This document shows, in pieces, positions 15,513-24,540 of a stretch of 64,000 nucleotides of DNA. Every line of letters begins with the position of its first letter. Within the stretch, counting starts at the first letter, position 1. The translations under genes were made by a program, and so were the position numbers. The DNA is from an uncultured Alphaproteobacteria bacterium (GTDB lineage Bacteria; Pseudomonadota; Alphaproteobacteria; SP197), in the NCBI GenBank assembly GCA_958295695.1, contig OY282363.1:1738225-1802224 (forward strand). Reading direction: 5' to 3'. The notes under the pieces were generated by a model that saw nothing but the letters and a program-made list of their open reading frames with translations, was not told the DNA's origin and ran no database searches.

Positions 15513-16699
15513 GCTTCCATCTCCCTGTCCGCGACGCGGTCCGGCCCGGCCAGGGCGTCGGCCAGCTCTTCCAGACTCTTGAGATTGTGGCACGTCCGGA
15601 AGGCGTCCACATGGGGCAACATCGTGCGGATACCCCAGGAACGGGGCTCGAAACCGCGCCAGCGCAGCAGCGGGTTGAGCCAGACGAGCTTGCGGCAGGA
15701 GCGATGCAACAGCGCCATCTCCCGGCCCAGACCGCCGTCGGCGTCGCGGTCGAGACCGTCGGTTACGAGGACCGCGACAGCGCCCTGGCCCAGGACCCTC
15801 CGGCTCCAGAACCGGTTGAACCGATGGAGGCACGCCCCGATGCGCGTGCCGCCGGACCAGTCGTCGACACGCCGGGCGACGAGCGCCAGCGCCTTGTCGA
15901 TATCGCGGTGCCTGAGGTCGCGCGTGATGTTGGTGAGGCGCGTCCCGAAGGCGAAAGTGTGGACGCGATGGCGGTCGTTCGTGAGCGCATGGGCGAAGTG
16001 CACCAGCATTCTGCTGTATCCCGTCATCGAGCCCGAGACGTCGCAGAGGAGAACCAGCACGGGCGGCCGGCTGTCCTGGCGCGCGCGACGGAGCGGGATG
16101 AGGCCGGCGGGGTGGCGTGTCGCGTCGCGCAGGGTCCGGCGCAGGTCGATGCGGTCGCCGGCCGGCGCGGACGCGAGGCGGCGCATCGGGACGCGGTCGA
16201 GATCGAGGCGCATGCGCGCGACGATCCGTTTCGCCCGCTCGATCTCGTCCGCCGACATGTCGTCGAAGTCCATGGCGCGCAGGGCGTCCCGTTCGGAGAA
16301 GGTCATGGTCATGTCGGACTCGACGTCGTCGCGTTCGGGCGGCCTGTCGTTGTCGCCCAGCCCCATCGCGTCCGCGGCGCGGCGGGCGACCGGGGCGCGT
16401 TCGTCCTCGCGCTCCGCGGCCGGCGGCGCCAGACCGAGCAGGCGTTCCAGAAGCTTCGGGTCGCGCCAGAACAGGTGAAAGATCTGGTCGAACAGCGCGC
16501 GCTGCTCGCGCCGGTGAACGAAGAGCGCATGGAGCGTCCAATAGAAATCGTCGCGCCGGTCGAGCCCCGTGAGGCGAACCGCGTCGAGGGCGTCGATCAC
16601 GCCGCCGGGCCCGACGGGCAGGCCCGCCGCCCTCAATGTCCGGGCGAAATGCAGGATGTTGTCGGCCAGACGGCCGCCCGCGTCCGGTTCCGCGCTCAT
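15494..16699 (-). CDS. coxE: VWA domain-containing CoxE-like protein
   Basis: The 401-aa product has the MIDAS pattern VLVLLCDVSGSM, followed by TDGLDRD and LVWLNPL, as in CoxE. Confidence 0.8.
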   Translation of the reverse strand: MSAEPDAGGRLADNILHFARTLRAAGLPVGPGGVIDALDAVRLTGLDRRDDFYWTLHALFVHRREQRALFDQIFHLFWRDPKLLERLLGLAPPAAEREDERAPVARRAADAMGLGDNDRPPERDDVESDMTMTFSERDALRAMDFDDMSADEIERAKRIVARMRLDLDRVPMRRLASAPAGDRIDLRRTLRDATRHPAGLIPLRRARQDSRPPVLVLLCDVSGSMTGYSRMLVHFAHALTNDRHRVHTFAFGTRLTNITRDLRHRDIDKALALVARRVDDWSGGTRIGACLHRFNRFWSRRVLGQGAVAVLVTDGLDRDADGGLGREMALLHRSCRKLVWLNPLLRWRGFEPRSWGIRTMLPHVDAFRTCHNLKSLEELADALAGPDRVADREMEAWLKAA

Positions 16700-17616
16700 T
16701 GCGCGGCGGCCCCGACCGTCATGTCGCGGCGAAGCCGGTCGAGCAGCAGGGCCGCCTCGGTCCCCTTCACGCGCTCGATGTCGTCCTGGTACTTCAGCAG
16801 CACGCCCAGCGTATCGTCGACGATCGCGGGATCGAGCGTCATCGCGTCGAGGTGGACCAGGGCCCGCGCCCAGTCGAGGGTTTCCGCGACGCCCGGCAGC
16901 TTGAAGAGGTCCTTCGCGCGCAGGGCCTGGACGAAGGCCACGACTTCCGATGAAAGCCGCTCGGCGCAGTCCGGCGCCTTGCGCCGCAAGATCTCGAGTT
17001 CCCGTTCGGCGGTGGGATAGTCGACCCAGTGGTAGAGGCAGCGGCGCTTGAGCGCGTCGTGGATTTCACGTGTCCGGTTCGACGTGATGACGACGACCGG
17101 CGGCTCGGCCGCCTCGATGGTGCCGAGTTCGGGAATCGTCACCTGAAAGTCGGACAGCACCTCGAGAAGGTAGGCCTCGAACGGCTCGTCGGTCCGGTCC
17201 AGTTCGTCGATGAGCAGGACCGGGGGGCCGGACTCGTGGGGCTGGAGCGCCTCGAGGATCGGCCGCTTGAGGAGAAAGTCGTTGCTGTAGATGTCGTCCG
17301 CGACGCCCTGGCGGTCGACCGCTCCGCCGGCCTCGGCGAGCCTTATCTCGATCATCTGGCGGGGGTAGTTCCACTCGTAGACGGCGTGCGCGATGTCGAG
17401 GCCTTCGTAGCATTGGAGCCGGATCAGATCGCGCCCGAGCGCCGTGGCCAGGACCTTGGCGGTCTCGGTCTTGCCGACGCCGGCCTCGCCTTCCAGGAAC
17501 AGGGGCCGGGTCATGGTCAGCGCCAGATAGATCGTGCTCGCCAGGCTGCGGTCCGCGATGTAGTCGGCGGATTCGAGCAGGGCCGCGGTGCGGTCGATGG
17601 AACGGGGGAGGGGCAT
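16696..17616 (-). CDS. coxD: MoxR-like AAA+ ATPase (CoxD-like)
   Basis: The 306-aa product has Walker A at LEGEAGVGKTETAK and Walker B at VLLIDELDR. It overlaps coxE by 4 nt. Confidence 0.85.
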   Translation of the reverse strand: MPLPRSIDRTAALLESADYIADRSLASTIYLALTMTRPLFLEGEAGVGKTETAKVLATALGRDLIRLQCYEGLDIAHAVYEWNYPRQMIEIRLAEAGGAVDRQGVADDIYSNDFLLKRPILEALQPHESGPPVLLIDELDRTDEPFEAYLLEVLSDFQVTIPELGTIEAAEPPVVVITSNRTREIHDALKRRCLYHWVDYPTAERELEILRRKAPDCAERLSSEVVAFVQALRAKDLFKLPGVAETLDWARALVHLDAMTLDPAIVDDTLGVLLKYQDDIERVKGTEAALLLDRLRRDMTVGAAAQ

Positions 17617-17649
17617 GAGCCGCCAAGGCCGGAAGCGCCGGGAAGACGG

Positions 17650-18000
17650 CTATTTTTGCACCCAGTCGCCGCTTGCGTCCATGTAGTAGCCGCCGGCGGG
17701 CAGGCTCTGGATGATTTTCTCGCCGGCCACGATCTCGACCGCCCGAAGCGACGCGCCGTTCTTGTCGGCCGGCTCTTCGTATCTGGCGCGGCGCCGCCCG
17801 TTGACGTCGGCCATCGGATCGAGCGCCCAGCCGGGCGCCGAGGGGTCGCGCGGGGCGAGGTAGCCGTCGGGGCGTTCGCCGAGATAACCCGAGGCGCGCG
17901 CCTCGCCGAGGCTCTGCGCCCGGGCCGCGCCGGCGGACGCCAGCATCGCGCCGGCCGCGATGGCGAGGAAGGAACGGCGCGGGAGATCAGAACGACTCAT
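17650..18000 (-). CDS. ydbL: YdbL-like periplasmic protein (DUF1318)
   Basis: The 116-aa product has a signal peptide with an RR motif. It matches the remembered E. coli YdbL pattern (LGEAR.SG.LGE..DGYL ... VN..R...Y ... G.Y....G.WV.K). Confidence 0.75.
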   Translation of the reverse strand: MSRSDLPRRSFLAIAAGAMLASAGAARAQSLGEARASGYLGERPDGYLAPRDPSAPGWALDPMADVNGRRRARYEEPADKNGASLRAVEIVAGEKIIQSLPAGGYYMDASGDWVQK

Positions 18001-18190
18001 CGTCGTCCTCCAGGAGATCTTCGATGTCCTTCTCCAGCTTCACGCGAACCTCCCGCTCGATCTTGACGTTGAGATCGATCACGATCGGGTCCTTGGGCGC
18101 CTCGACGCGAACGGTCGGCTGGAAGGCCGCCATGAACAGCGCGACCAACGCCGCTTGATACGTGGGAAGGGTTCTTCGAGAGGACCGCAT
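17987..18190 (-). CDS. ynbE: YnbE-like small protein (lipobox cysteine absent)
   Basis: In the 67-aa product, VRVEAPKDPIVIDLNVKIEREVRVKLEKDIEDLLE matches the YnbE core (IEV.APKEPI.IN.NVKIEHE). The position of the lipidated Cys reads Phe (AAFQPT). Confidence 0.7.
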   Translation of the reverse strand: MRSSRRTLPTYQAALVALFMAAFQPTVRVEAPKDPIVIDLNVKIEREVRVKLEKDIEDLLEDDDESF

Positions 18191-18221
18191 GACATCGTCC
18201 GTTCGCGGATGGCGACCCTGG

Positions 18222-18229
18222 AACGCGAT
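18222..18229. repeat. target-site duplication, left copy (AACGCGAT)
   Basis: Identical 8-mers lie at 18222-18229 and 19931-19938, each separated from the 23-bp inverted repeat by one base. Confidence 0.8.
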
Positions 18230-18230
18230 C

Positions 18231-18253
18231 GGAATTTCCTAGTTTAGGGTCTT
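18231..18253. repeat. left terminal inverted repeat GGAATTTCCTAGTTTAGGGTCTT
   Basis: It is the exact reverse complement of 19907-19929. Confidence 0.9.
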
Positions 18254-18448
18254 TATATCTGGGCGGTTGACTCTGCGCCGCCAAGGATTCCAAGCTCCCT
18301 CCATCGCCAAACCAACCATGGGACGCCCCTGCGTCGGGCTGCCCGTGAATACAAGACCGTGCGAGCGGGAATCAGCGGGGACCCTGAAACCCATGGTTGT
18401 TTGGCGACCGGCCCGGCACTCCCGCCGGCCGGAACGCTGGAGCGAGTC

Positions 18449-19075
18449 ATGAAGCGGATGATGATTGCGGCCCTCGCGGCACTGCTGAGCGGCGCGGCCT
18501 CGGCTGAGGACTACGAGGAGATGCGTCCCAAGGACAGCAAGCTGCGCCTCGGCGTCCTCGGGGAAGAAGCGGAGGGCTCGTGGTTTCTGGAGGAAAAGAA
18601 ATCGTTTGGGACGTTCCGCTGCGACTACGGTTATTGGGGCTTCGACGACGATCAGCGGAGCAGGGTCAAGGCCCAATACTGCTGGTCGGACAACGTCTCC
18701 TCTTGGGACGACAGTGGCGGCTACACTGGCGAGGAGGCCGACACGGACGAGTTCCTGGAATGGAACGATGAGACACGCCTTGCCGACAGCAGGGACAACG
18801 CCGAGGAAGGCCCTACCATCGAAACCGTCGTCGGAGATGTTGTCGTACACGCCTTCGACGTGGAGAAGGACACGTCTTGGAAGACCTACAGGGAGTGCAT
18901 GGGGTTTCACATGGTCTGGGGCAAGGGGTACGGCGTATCGCGCAAACTCTACGCCAAGTCGCTGACCTTCTACGCCTGCGACAACGCCACCAGCACCATG
19001 TCGGAGGCCAAGCTCCTCCGCATTCTGTCCAGCTTCAGCATCGAAGGTGAGTTCGACGCGCTGGTAGAGAACTAG
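18449..19075 (+). CDS. hypothetical secreted acidic protein (passenger gene of the IS-like element)
   Basis: An internal ATG at 18449 in ORF 18359..19075 is preceded by GGAGCGAG. The signal peptide is MKRMMIAALAALLSGAASA. The mature part is D/E/W-rich with 4 Cys. I recognise no family. Confidence 0.6.
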   Translation: MKRMMIAALAALLSGAASAEDYEEMRPKDSKLRLGVLGEEAEGSWFLEEKKSFGTFRCDYGYWGFDDDQRSRVKAQYCWSDNVSSWDDSGGYTGEEADTDEFLEWNDETRLADSRDNAEEGPTIETVVGDVVVHAFDVEKDTSWKTYRECMGFHMVWGKGYGVSRKLYAKSLTFYACDNATSTMSEAKLLRILSSFSIEGEFDALVEN

Positions 19076-19078
19076 CCG

Positions 19079-19833
19079 TCAGTCTTCCAGCGCGAGCGGA
19101 ATGGTCTTGTTCAGCTTGGGGAAGGCGCGGTTGAGGTCGCCCTTGAAGCGGTTCCAGTTGGGGGCCGCCCGCATGAGCGCCATGACAGCCGCCGAGTGCT
19201 GGTTGAGCTTGACGTGGCCGGGGTCCGGCGTGAACCATTGATGGTGCGTCGTGCGCCGCCGTCCTGTCGGCAGTGTCGGATTGATCCGCTTCAACTCATC
19301 CAGGACGCCGGGCGCCAAGCGTTCGTAGACGAGATCGTTGGTGTAGTGGCCGATGACGGCGGGGCGCTTGTGGCCGTCCGGGCCGGGCCGTCGCCCTTCG
19401 TGCCCTTGCGAGGCTTGCCACCGATAAAGGTCTCGTCCATCTCGACGATGCCGGCCAGAAGCAACCGGTGCTCGGCTTGGGTCATGGCCCGCTTGATCTG
19501 CATGGCGATCCGCCAGGCCGTGTTCTTGTTCACGTCGAGATCGCGGGAAAGCTGGAGCGCCGACAGGCCCTTCTTGGCGTTCAGCATAAGCATGATCGCC
19601 AGAAACCACTTCTGGAGCGGCAGGTGCGTGCGGTGGAAGATCGTCCCGACCGTCACGCTGAACGAGGTCTTGCAGTCGTAGCAGCGATGGCGGCGGCGTG
19701 CGTCGTTGCTGGGAGCGGTGTTGGCCGACCCGCAATAGGGGCACTTCGGCTCGCCCTTCCACCGTGCCGCCTCAAGATGAGCGACGCAGGATTCTTGGTC
19801 GGGAAACCACTCGAAAATCTGTATGATGTTCAT
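19079..19833 (-). pseudogene. IS1595-type transposase N-terminal region (Zn-ribbon + HTH) continued, after a -1 frame change, by a P63C-like phage-type C-terminus; DDE catalytic domain absent
   Basis: From the ATG at 19833 the sequence MNIIQIFEWFPDQESCVAHLEAARWKGEPKCPYCGS...RHRCYDCKTSFSVTVGTIFHRTHLPLQKWFLAI...GLSALQLSRDLDVNKNTAWRIAMQIKRAM...VEMDETFIGGK matches the IS1595/ISXO2 N-terminus. Near 19388-19400 (GGCCCGGCCCGG) the sensible reading moves to the frame of ORF 19079..19762. That frame reads HKRPAVIGHYTNDLVYERLAPGVLDELKRINP...HHQWFTPDPGHVKLNQH...LMRAAPNWNRFKGDLNRAFP. Confidence 0.65.
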
Positions 19834-19906
19834 CGGCAATCCGTCCTTTCGTGGCGCGTTCGATCCGGTGACAGGATGAACATGACCCCCGATTGGGCGG
19901 ATTATC

Positions 19907-19929
19907 AAGACCCTAAACTAGGAAATTCC
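19907..19929. repeat. right terminal inverted repeat AAGACCCTAAACTAGGAAATTCC
   Basis: It is the exact reverse complement of 18231-18253. Confidence 0.9.
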
Positions 19930-19930
19930 A

Positions 19931-19938
19931 AACGCGAT
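19931..19938. repeat. target-site duplication, right copy (AACGCGAT)
   Basis: Identical to 18222-18229. Confidence 0.8.
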
Positions 19939-19942
19939 TGTG

Positions 19943-22900
19943 TCAGAAAACGGACAGGCGTTCTCGGATTTCTTCCGGGAGGCGCCACGCGCCGAGGCCG
20001 TGGAGCAGGATCTCGTCGAGGTCGCCGGCGAGGTTGACGTTGAGTTCGATCGGATAGCCGTCATGAAAGCCCGGATTGGCCCCGGCGATATGGACGCCGA
20101 GTTCCGCCGCGCCGCCCGCCGCGCGGTCGATGTCGATCGCCAGGGCGCTGAACCGGAAGTCCGACAGGACATCGAGCACTTGTTCCATGTTCTCGTCCAT
20201 CGGGCCGAAGGGCGCTGGCCGTCCGTCCGGAATGTAGCGCAGCAGCCCGGCGGAATCGGCGTCGAGCCGGCCGTGCGCGATGACGATGTCGCCGCCCGTC
20301 ATTCGGACGGGAATGGAGCCCGTCAGTCTCGCGTCGGTCTCGATCCATGGAACGTCGAGGTCGTCCAGCAGCGTCGCGAGGTCGACGCCCTGGATGTCGA
20401 GCAGCGCCTCGTTGCCGTCCGGCGCGAGGCGGAGGACCGAGGGGCGGGCCGCGATGCGCCCGCCGGCGAGCCCGGCGGACGCGGCGTCGACGCGCAGGCT
20501 GCCGTCGCCGGGGAGCGCGAGGGTGACCGCGAGGTCGGTCAGGGGAAGGCCGGCATCGAGCCTTTCGGCCGCGAGCGTCTGTTTCGGCGGGGTCGAGAGC
20601 GGATCGACGTTGGAGAACGTCACCTCGCCTTCGAGGCCCTCGATGGCGACGCCGCCGTTCCGGCCTGACAGGCCGAGAAGGGAGAGCGTGAGGTCCGATG
20701 ACGCGACGCCGTCGTCGATCGCGATCTTCCCATGGAGCTCGACGGCGCCGGAGACCTCCTCCAGAAGGCCGCCATAGAGCGGAGACACCTCGTTCGGCTG
20801 GCTCCCGCCGGGCTCGAACCGGATCGGCGGGACGCGGATCAGCGCGCGAAACAGGTCGTCCGACGGCCGGTAGCTCGACTCCACGTTGGCGAGGAAGCGC
20901 CGGTCGCCCATGTGGAGAGTGCCGTTGAAGCGGACATCGTCGCCCAACGGCCAGACCGGCATGACCGCAACGTCGGCGGCCAGCGGCGCGAAACGGGCGG
21001 GTTCGCGGAGGTCTTCGATGACCCGGATGTCGGCGGTGGCCTGCGGCCAATCCGACAGGCCGTTGTTGTACGTGAAGAGGAGCCGGATATCGGCCAGACG
21101 GAGGTCGGGTCCCTCGACGAGGATGTCGCCGCCCTCGGTTTCGACCGTCCCCTGGAGGTGATGGCGGCCCAGGCTGCCGAACCGGACGCCCATCGACGGC
21201 AGAGTTCCGTCGACAGCCGCGATCGTCCCGCCGTCCTCGATCACGTCGAAACGCACTCCGGCCGGGCCGGTCAGCAGGCGCGCGTCCCAACTCCAGTCCT
21301 CGCCGAAGCGTTCCAGGACCAGCAACGGCAGCAGCTCGGCCTCGAGCTTCACGGAGGTCGCGCGATGCGAGCGGAGACGCGGATGCCGGAGGGTCCGGAT
21401 GTCGATCCAGGCGGTGTCGGCTAGGCGGACGTTGAGGCCGTTGTCCACCAGTTCGAAGTCGAGCGGCAGCTCGGCCAGGACCCCCGTGGCGGCCGTATCG
21501 AGGACGGTCACCGTGTCGGCTTGAAAGAGCGCGACGGGGTCGGCCTCCGCGCGCGTCGCCCCGTCCGCATGGCCGATTCTCAGCGGGAGGTCGAGGACGA
21601 TGGCGGTAGCGTCAGCGCCGGCGGCCGAGAGCGTGTCGAGCCTGGCCCGCAGGCTCGCCGCGCCGTCGAACGCGGCGGGCGCGCCCGCGATACCGCCGGC
21701 GACGCGGATGGCGCCCGTCGCGCTCCGGGGCGCGAGCGCGCCCGAGGCGGCGAACTCGAGCGCGGAAACATCGAAGGCGGCCAGCGCGCCATCGGGAGTC
21801 AGCTCCGCGTCGCCGCGGATGGAAAGCCGGCCGTCGAGGTCCCCGCCGCTCCTCAAGGAAGCGTCCAGGGCCGCCGCGATGGCGATCGACTCGCCCGAGA
21901 CGGTCGCGTCGGCGACGATCCCCTCCGGTGGAAGCGTCAGGTCGAACGGACGGTCGAGAGCCGCCGCGACGATCCCGCCCGCCGCCTCGGGCGGAGGCAG
22001 GCGCGCGCCCAGGATCGCCCCGCCCGGCCGCGCGGTCAGGCGCAGACGCCGCCCGTCCGCGGCGATGTCGAATGACAGCGCCGAGGCCTCGACGGAAAAC
22101 CGGTCGGACAGGGACATGGCCCCGGTCTCCAGGTCGATCCGGCCCGTCAGGGCGATGGCGTGGAGGTCGAGCGGCCGGTCGGGTGGAACGAAGGCCTCGA
22201 ACGAGACGTCCAGGCTCGCGGGGCCATGCAGATCGAGCGAATCGACCATGGGCGGGGTCATGGAGTCGCGAACGGCGAACGCGCCCGTCGCGGCGACGCG
22301 GAGCCGATCCCCGGCCATGCCGGAGACGATCGAGACGGCGGCCGAGAGCGGCGCCTCCTCGACGCCGAAACCGATGTCGGCGACGAACGAGCGGCCGTCC
22401 CACGACCCTTCGGCGGTCAGGCCGCCGAGGTCCGGGCCGCCCGCGGCGACCTCGGCCTCGGCGAGCGAAACGACGACCCTGTCGCGGCCCGAGACGGGGT
22501 CGGGTTCGAGGGACAGGACGCCGGACACGTGGCCGAACGCGCCGTCCACGCGCCATCGGCCGGAGCCCGAGACCGATGCGCCGGTCGATTCCAGGGCGGC
22601 GTCGAGCCGTGCGCGGATCGTGTCGAGCGGATGGACAAGGGCGATCTCGGCGTCCTCGATGACGAGGGCCGCGAAGGGGAGCGGTTCGCGGAGCCCGTTT
22701 CCGTCATCGCGCCGGTTCAGCAATCCGGCCAGAGGAGACGCCGGGACGCCGTCCCCGTCGAAACGGATCGCGAGATCGACGCCGGCGAGGCGCACCGATT
22801 CGACCCGCCCGTCGAGAAGCCGCCACGGACGAAAGGACAGTTCGACGCGGCCGACCGCGCCGGCCCCGGGAACGGAGACGCCGGTCAGCACCATGCGGCC

Positions 22901-23086
22901 GGTTTCGACCTCGGTCACGGTGTAGGCGGCGCCGGCCAGGGGCGTCCCGGAGATCCCGAGGCGCACCAGCCGGTCCGCGATCTCGTGGCGCGCGGCGAAC
23001 CAGACCGCCGCGACCGCGACCGCCGCGGCGACCGCCAGGATCGAAAGACGGCGGATCGGCCCCGGGAGAGGGCGGAGGAAGAACAC
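19943..23086 (-). CDS. ydbH: YdbH-like AsmA-family large envelope protein
   Basis: The 1047-aa product has an N-terminal membrane anchor (LSILAVAAAVAVAAVWF) and a long repetitive beta-rich body. The YdbH-type C-terminus reads LRYIPDG...FRFSALAIDIDR...GVHIAGANP...PIELNVNLAGDLDEIL. It is syntenic with ynbE-ydbL as in E. coli. Confidence 0.75.
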   Translation of the reverse strand: MFFLRPLPGPIRRLSILAVAAAVAVAAVWFAARHEIADRLVRLGISGTPLAGAAYTVTEVETGRMVLTGVSVPGAGAVGRVELSFRPWRLLDGRVESVRLAGVDLAIRFDGDGVPASPLAGLLNRRDDGNGLREPLPFAALVIEDAEIALVHPLDTIRARLDAALESTGASVSGSGRWRVDGAFGHVSGVLSLEPDPVSGRDRVVVSLAEAEVAAGGPDLGGLTAEGSWDGRSFVADIGFGVEEAPLSAAVSIVSGMAGDRLRVAATGAFAVRDSMTPPMVDSLDLHGPASLDVSFEAFVPPDRPLDLHAIALTGRIDLETGAMSLSDRFSVEASALSFDIAADGRRLRLTARPGGAILGARLPPPEAAGGIVAAALDRPFDLTLPPEGIVADATVSGESIAIAAALDASLRSGGDLDGRLSIRGDAELTPDGALAAFDVSALEFAASGALAPRSATGAIRVAGGIAGAPAAFDGAASLRARLDTLSAAGADATAIVLDLPLRIGHADGATRAEADPVALFQADTVTVLDTAATGVLAELPLDFELVDNGLNVRLADTAWIDIRTLRHPRLRSHRATSVKLEAELLPLLVLERFGEDWSWDARLLTGPAGVRFDVIEDGGTIAAVDGTLPSMGVRFGSLGRHHLQGTVETEGGDILVEGPDLRLADIRLLFTYNNGLSDWPQATADIRVIEDLREPARFAPLAADVAVMPVWPLGDDVRFNGTLHMGDRRFLANVESSYRPSDDLFRALIRVPPIRFEPGGSQPNEVSPLYGGLLEEVSGAVELHGKIAIDDGVASSDLTLSLLGLSGRNGGVAIEGLEGEVTFSNVDPLSTPPKQTLAAERLDAGLPLTDLAVTLALPGDGSLRVDAASAGLAGGRIAARPSVLRLAPDGNEALLDIQGVDLATLLDDLDVPWIETDARLTGSIPVRMTGGDIVIAHGRLDADSAGLLRYIPDGRPAPFGPMDENMEQVLDVLSDFRFSALAIDIDRAAGGAAELGVHIAGANPGFHDGYPIELNVNLAGDLDEILLHGLGAWRLPEEIRERLSVF

Positions 23087-23190
23087 CCCGTTATTCTAGC
23101 CCGGATCGCGTCCGGTTCCGTCAACCGGAATTCGCGCCGCGAGGTGGACCGTGACGCATTGGCGGGTGGGAACGATCGCGGTCCGCCCTC

Positions 23191-23988
23191 TCAGCCCAGC
23201 GCCTTGGCGACGGCGCGCTTGGCCATCACGGTGACGAGATGGGCGCGGTAGTCGGCGGCGGCGTGGATGTCGCTGTTGAGGCCGTCTTCGGGGATCGCGA
23301 TGCCGGCCACGGCGTCGGGGGAGAAGTCGCGCGTCAGGGCCTCTTCCATTTCGCGCACGCGGAACACGCAAGGGCCGGCGCCCGTGACCGCGACCCTCAT
23401 GCCCGCTCCGGTGTCGGCCACGAACACGCCGACGATCGCGTAACGCGAGGCCGGGTTCGGGAACTTCATGTAGGCGGCGCGGCGGGGCTTCGGGAAGGCC
23501 ACGGCCGTCACGAGCTCGCCCTCCTCCAGCGCGGTCTCGAAGAGATCGGGGAAGAAGCCGTCGGCCGGGACCGCGCGCCTGTCGGTGGTGACTGTGGCCC
23601 CGAGTCCGACCAGGGCGGCCGGATAGTCGGCCGCCGGATCGGCGTTCGCGATCGACCCGCCGATCGTTCCGCGGTTGCGCACCTGGAAATCGCCGATCAT
23701 GCCCGCGAGCTCGGCGAGCGCCGGGATGGCCGCCCCGCACCCGGGCGAGCGCGCGACATCGGCGTGACGCGCGCCGGCGCCGACGACGACCGCGCCGTCC
23801 TCCACACGGACGCCCTTCAGCGCCTCGATGTGGGCGATGTCGATGAGGTCGGTGGGCGCGGCGAGGCGCAGCTTCATCGTGGGCAGGAGCGTGTGGCCGC
23901 CCGAGAGGTAGCGCGGATCCTCGCACTCGCCGAACAGGCGGGCGGCGGCGTCGAGCGTGTCGGGACGGTGGTACCGGAACGCGTACAT
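23191..23988 (-). CDS. coxM: molybdenum hydroxylase (CO dehydrogenase/xanthine dehydrogenase family) FAD-binding medium subunit
   Basis: The 265-aa product carries [41 protein letters not shown] and a CoxM-type C-terminus ([12 protein letters not shown]). Confidence 0.85.
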   Translation of the reverse strand: MYAFRYHRPDTLDAAARLFGECEDPRYLSGGHTLLPTMKLRLAAPTDLIDIAHIEALKGVRVEDGAVVVGAGARHADVARSPGCGAAIPALAELAGMIGDFQVRNRGTIGGSIANADPAADYPAALVGLGATVTTDRRAVPADGFFPDLFETALEEGELVTAVAFPKPRRAAYMKFPNPASRYAIVGVFVADTGAGMRVAVTGAGPCVFRVREMEEALTRDFSPDAVAGIAIPEDGLNSDIHAAADYRAHLVTVMAKRAVAKALG

Positions 23989-23991
23989 CGT

Positions 23992-24471
<480 letters not shown>

Positions 24472-24540
24472 GGCAAGCTCCCCGATGGCCCCGAGGCCCG
24501 CAGTCTCGAAGCGCGCCGGCCCGCGGTCAAGCCCGCGCGG

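Larger units (their letters stand above)
18230..19930. mobile_element. IS1595-family-derived element (~1.7 kb) with a passenger gene and a DDE-less transposase remnant
   Basis: It has 23-bp perfect terminal inverted repeats and an 8-bp direct repeat of flanking DNA, which is the remembered target-duplication size of the IS1595 family. The internal ORF has an IS1595-type N-terminal Zn-ribbon/HTH. The element interrupts the ydbH / ynbE intergenic region. Confidence 0.8.

Noticed and set aside
19388-19400. Programmed -1 ribosomal frameshift at GGCCCGGCCCGG in the transposase remnant
   Set aside because: I do not recall the IS1595 family using programmed frameshifting. The motif is not an X XXY YYZ slippery heptamer, and the downstream frame does not encode a DDE domain. 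A simple indel or recombination junction is more likely.
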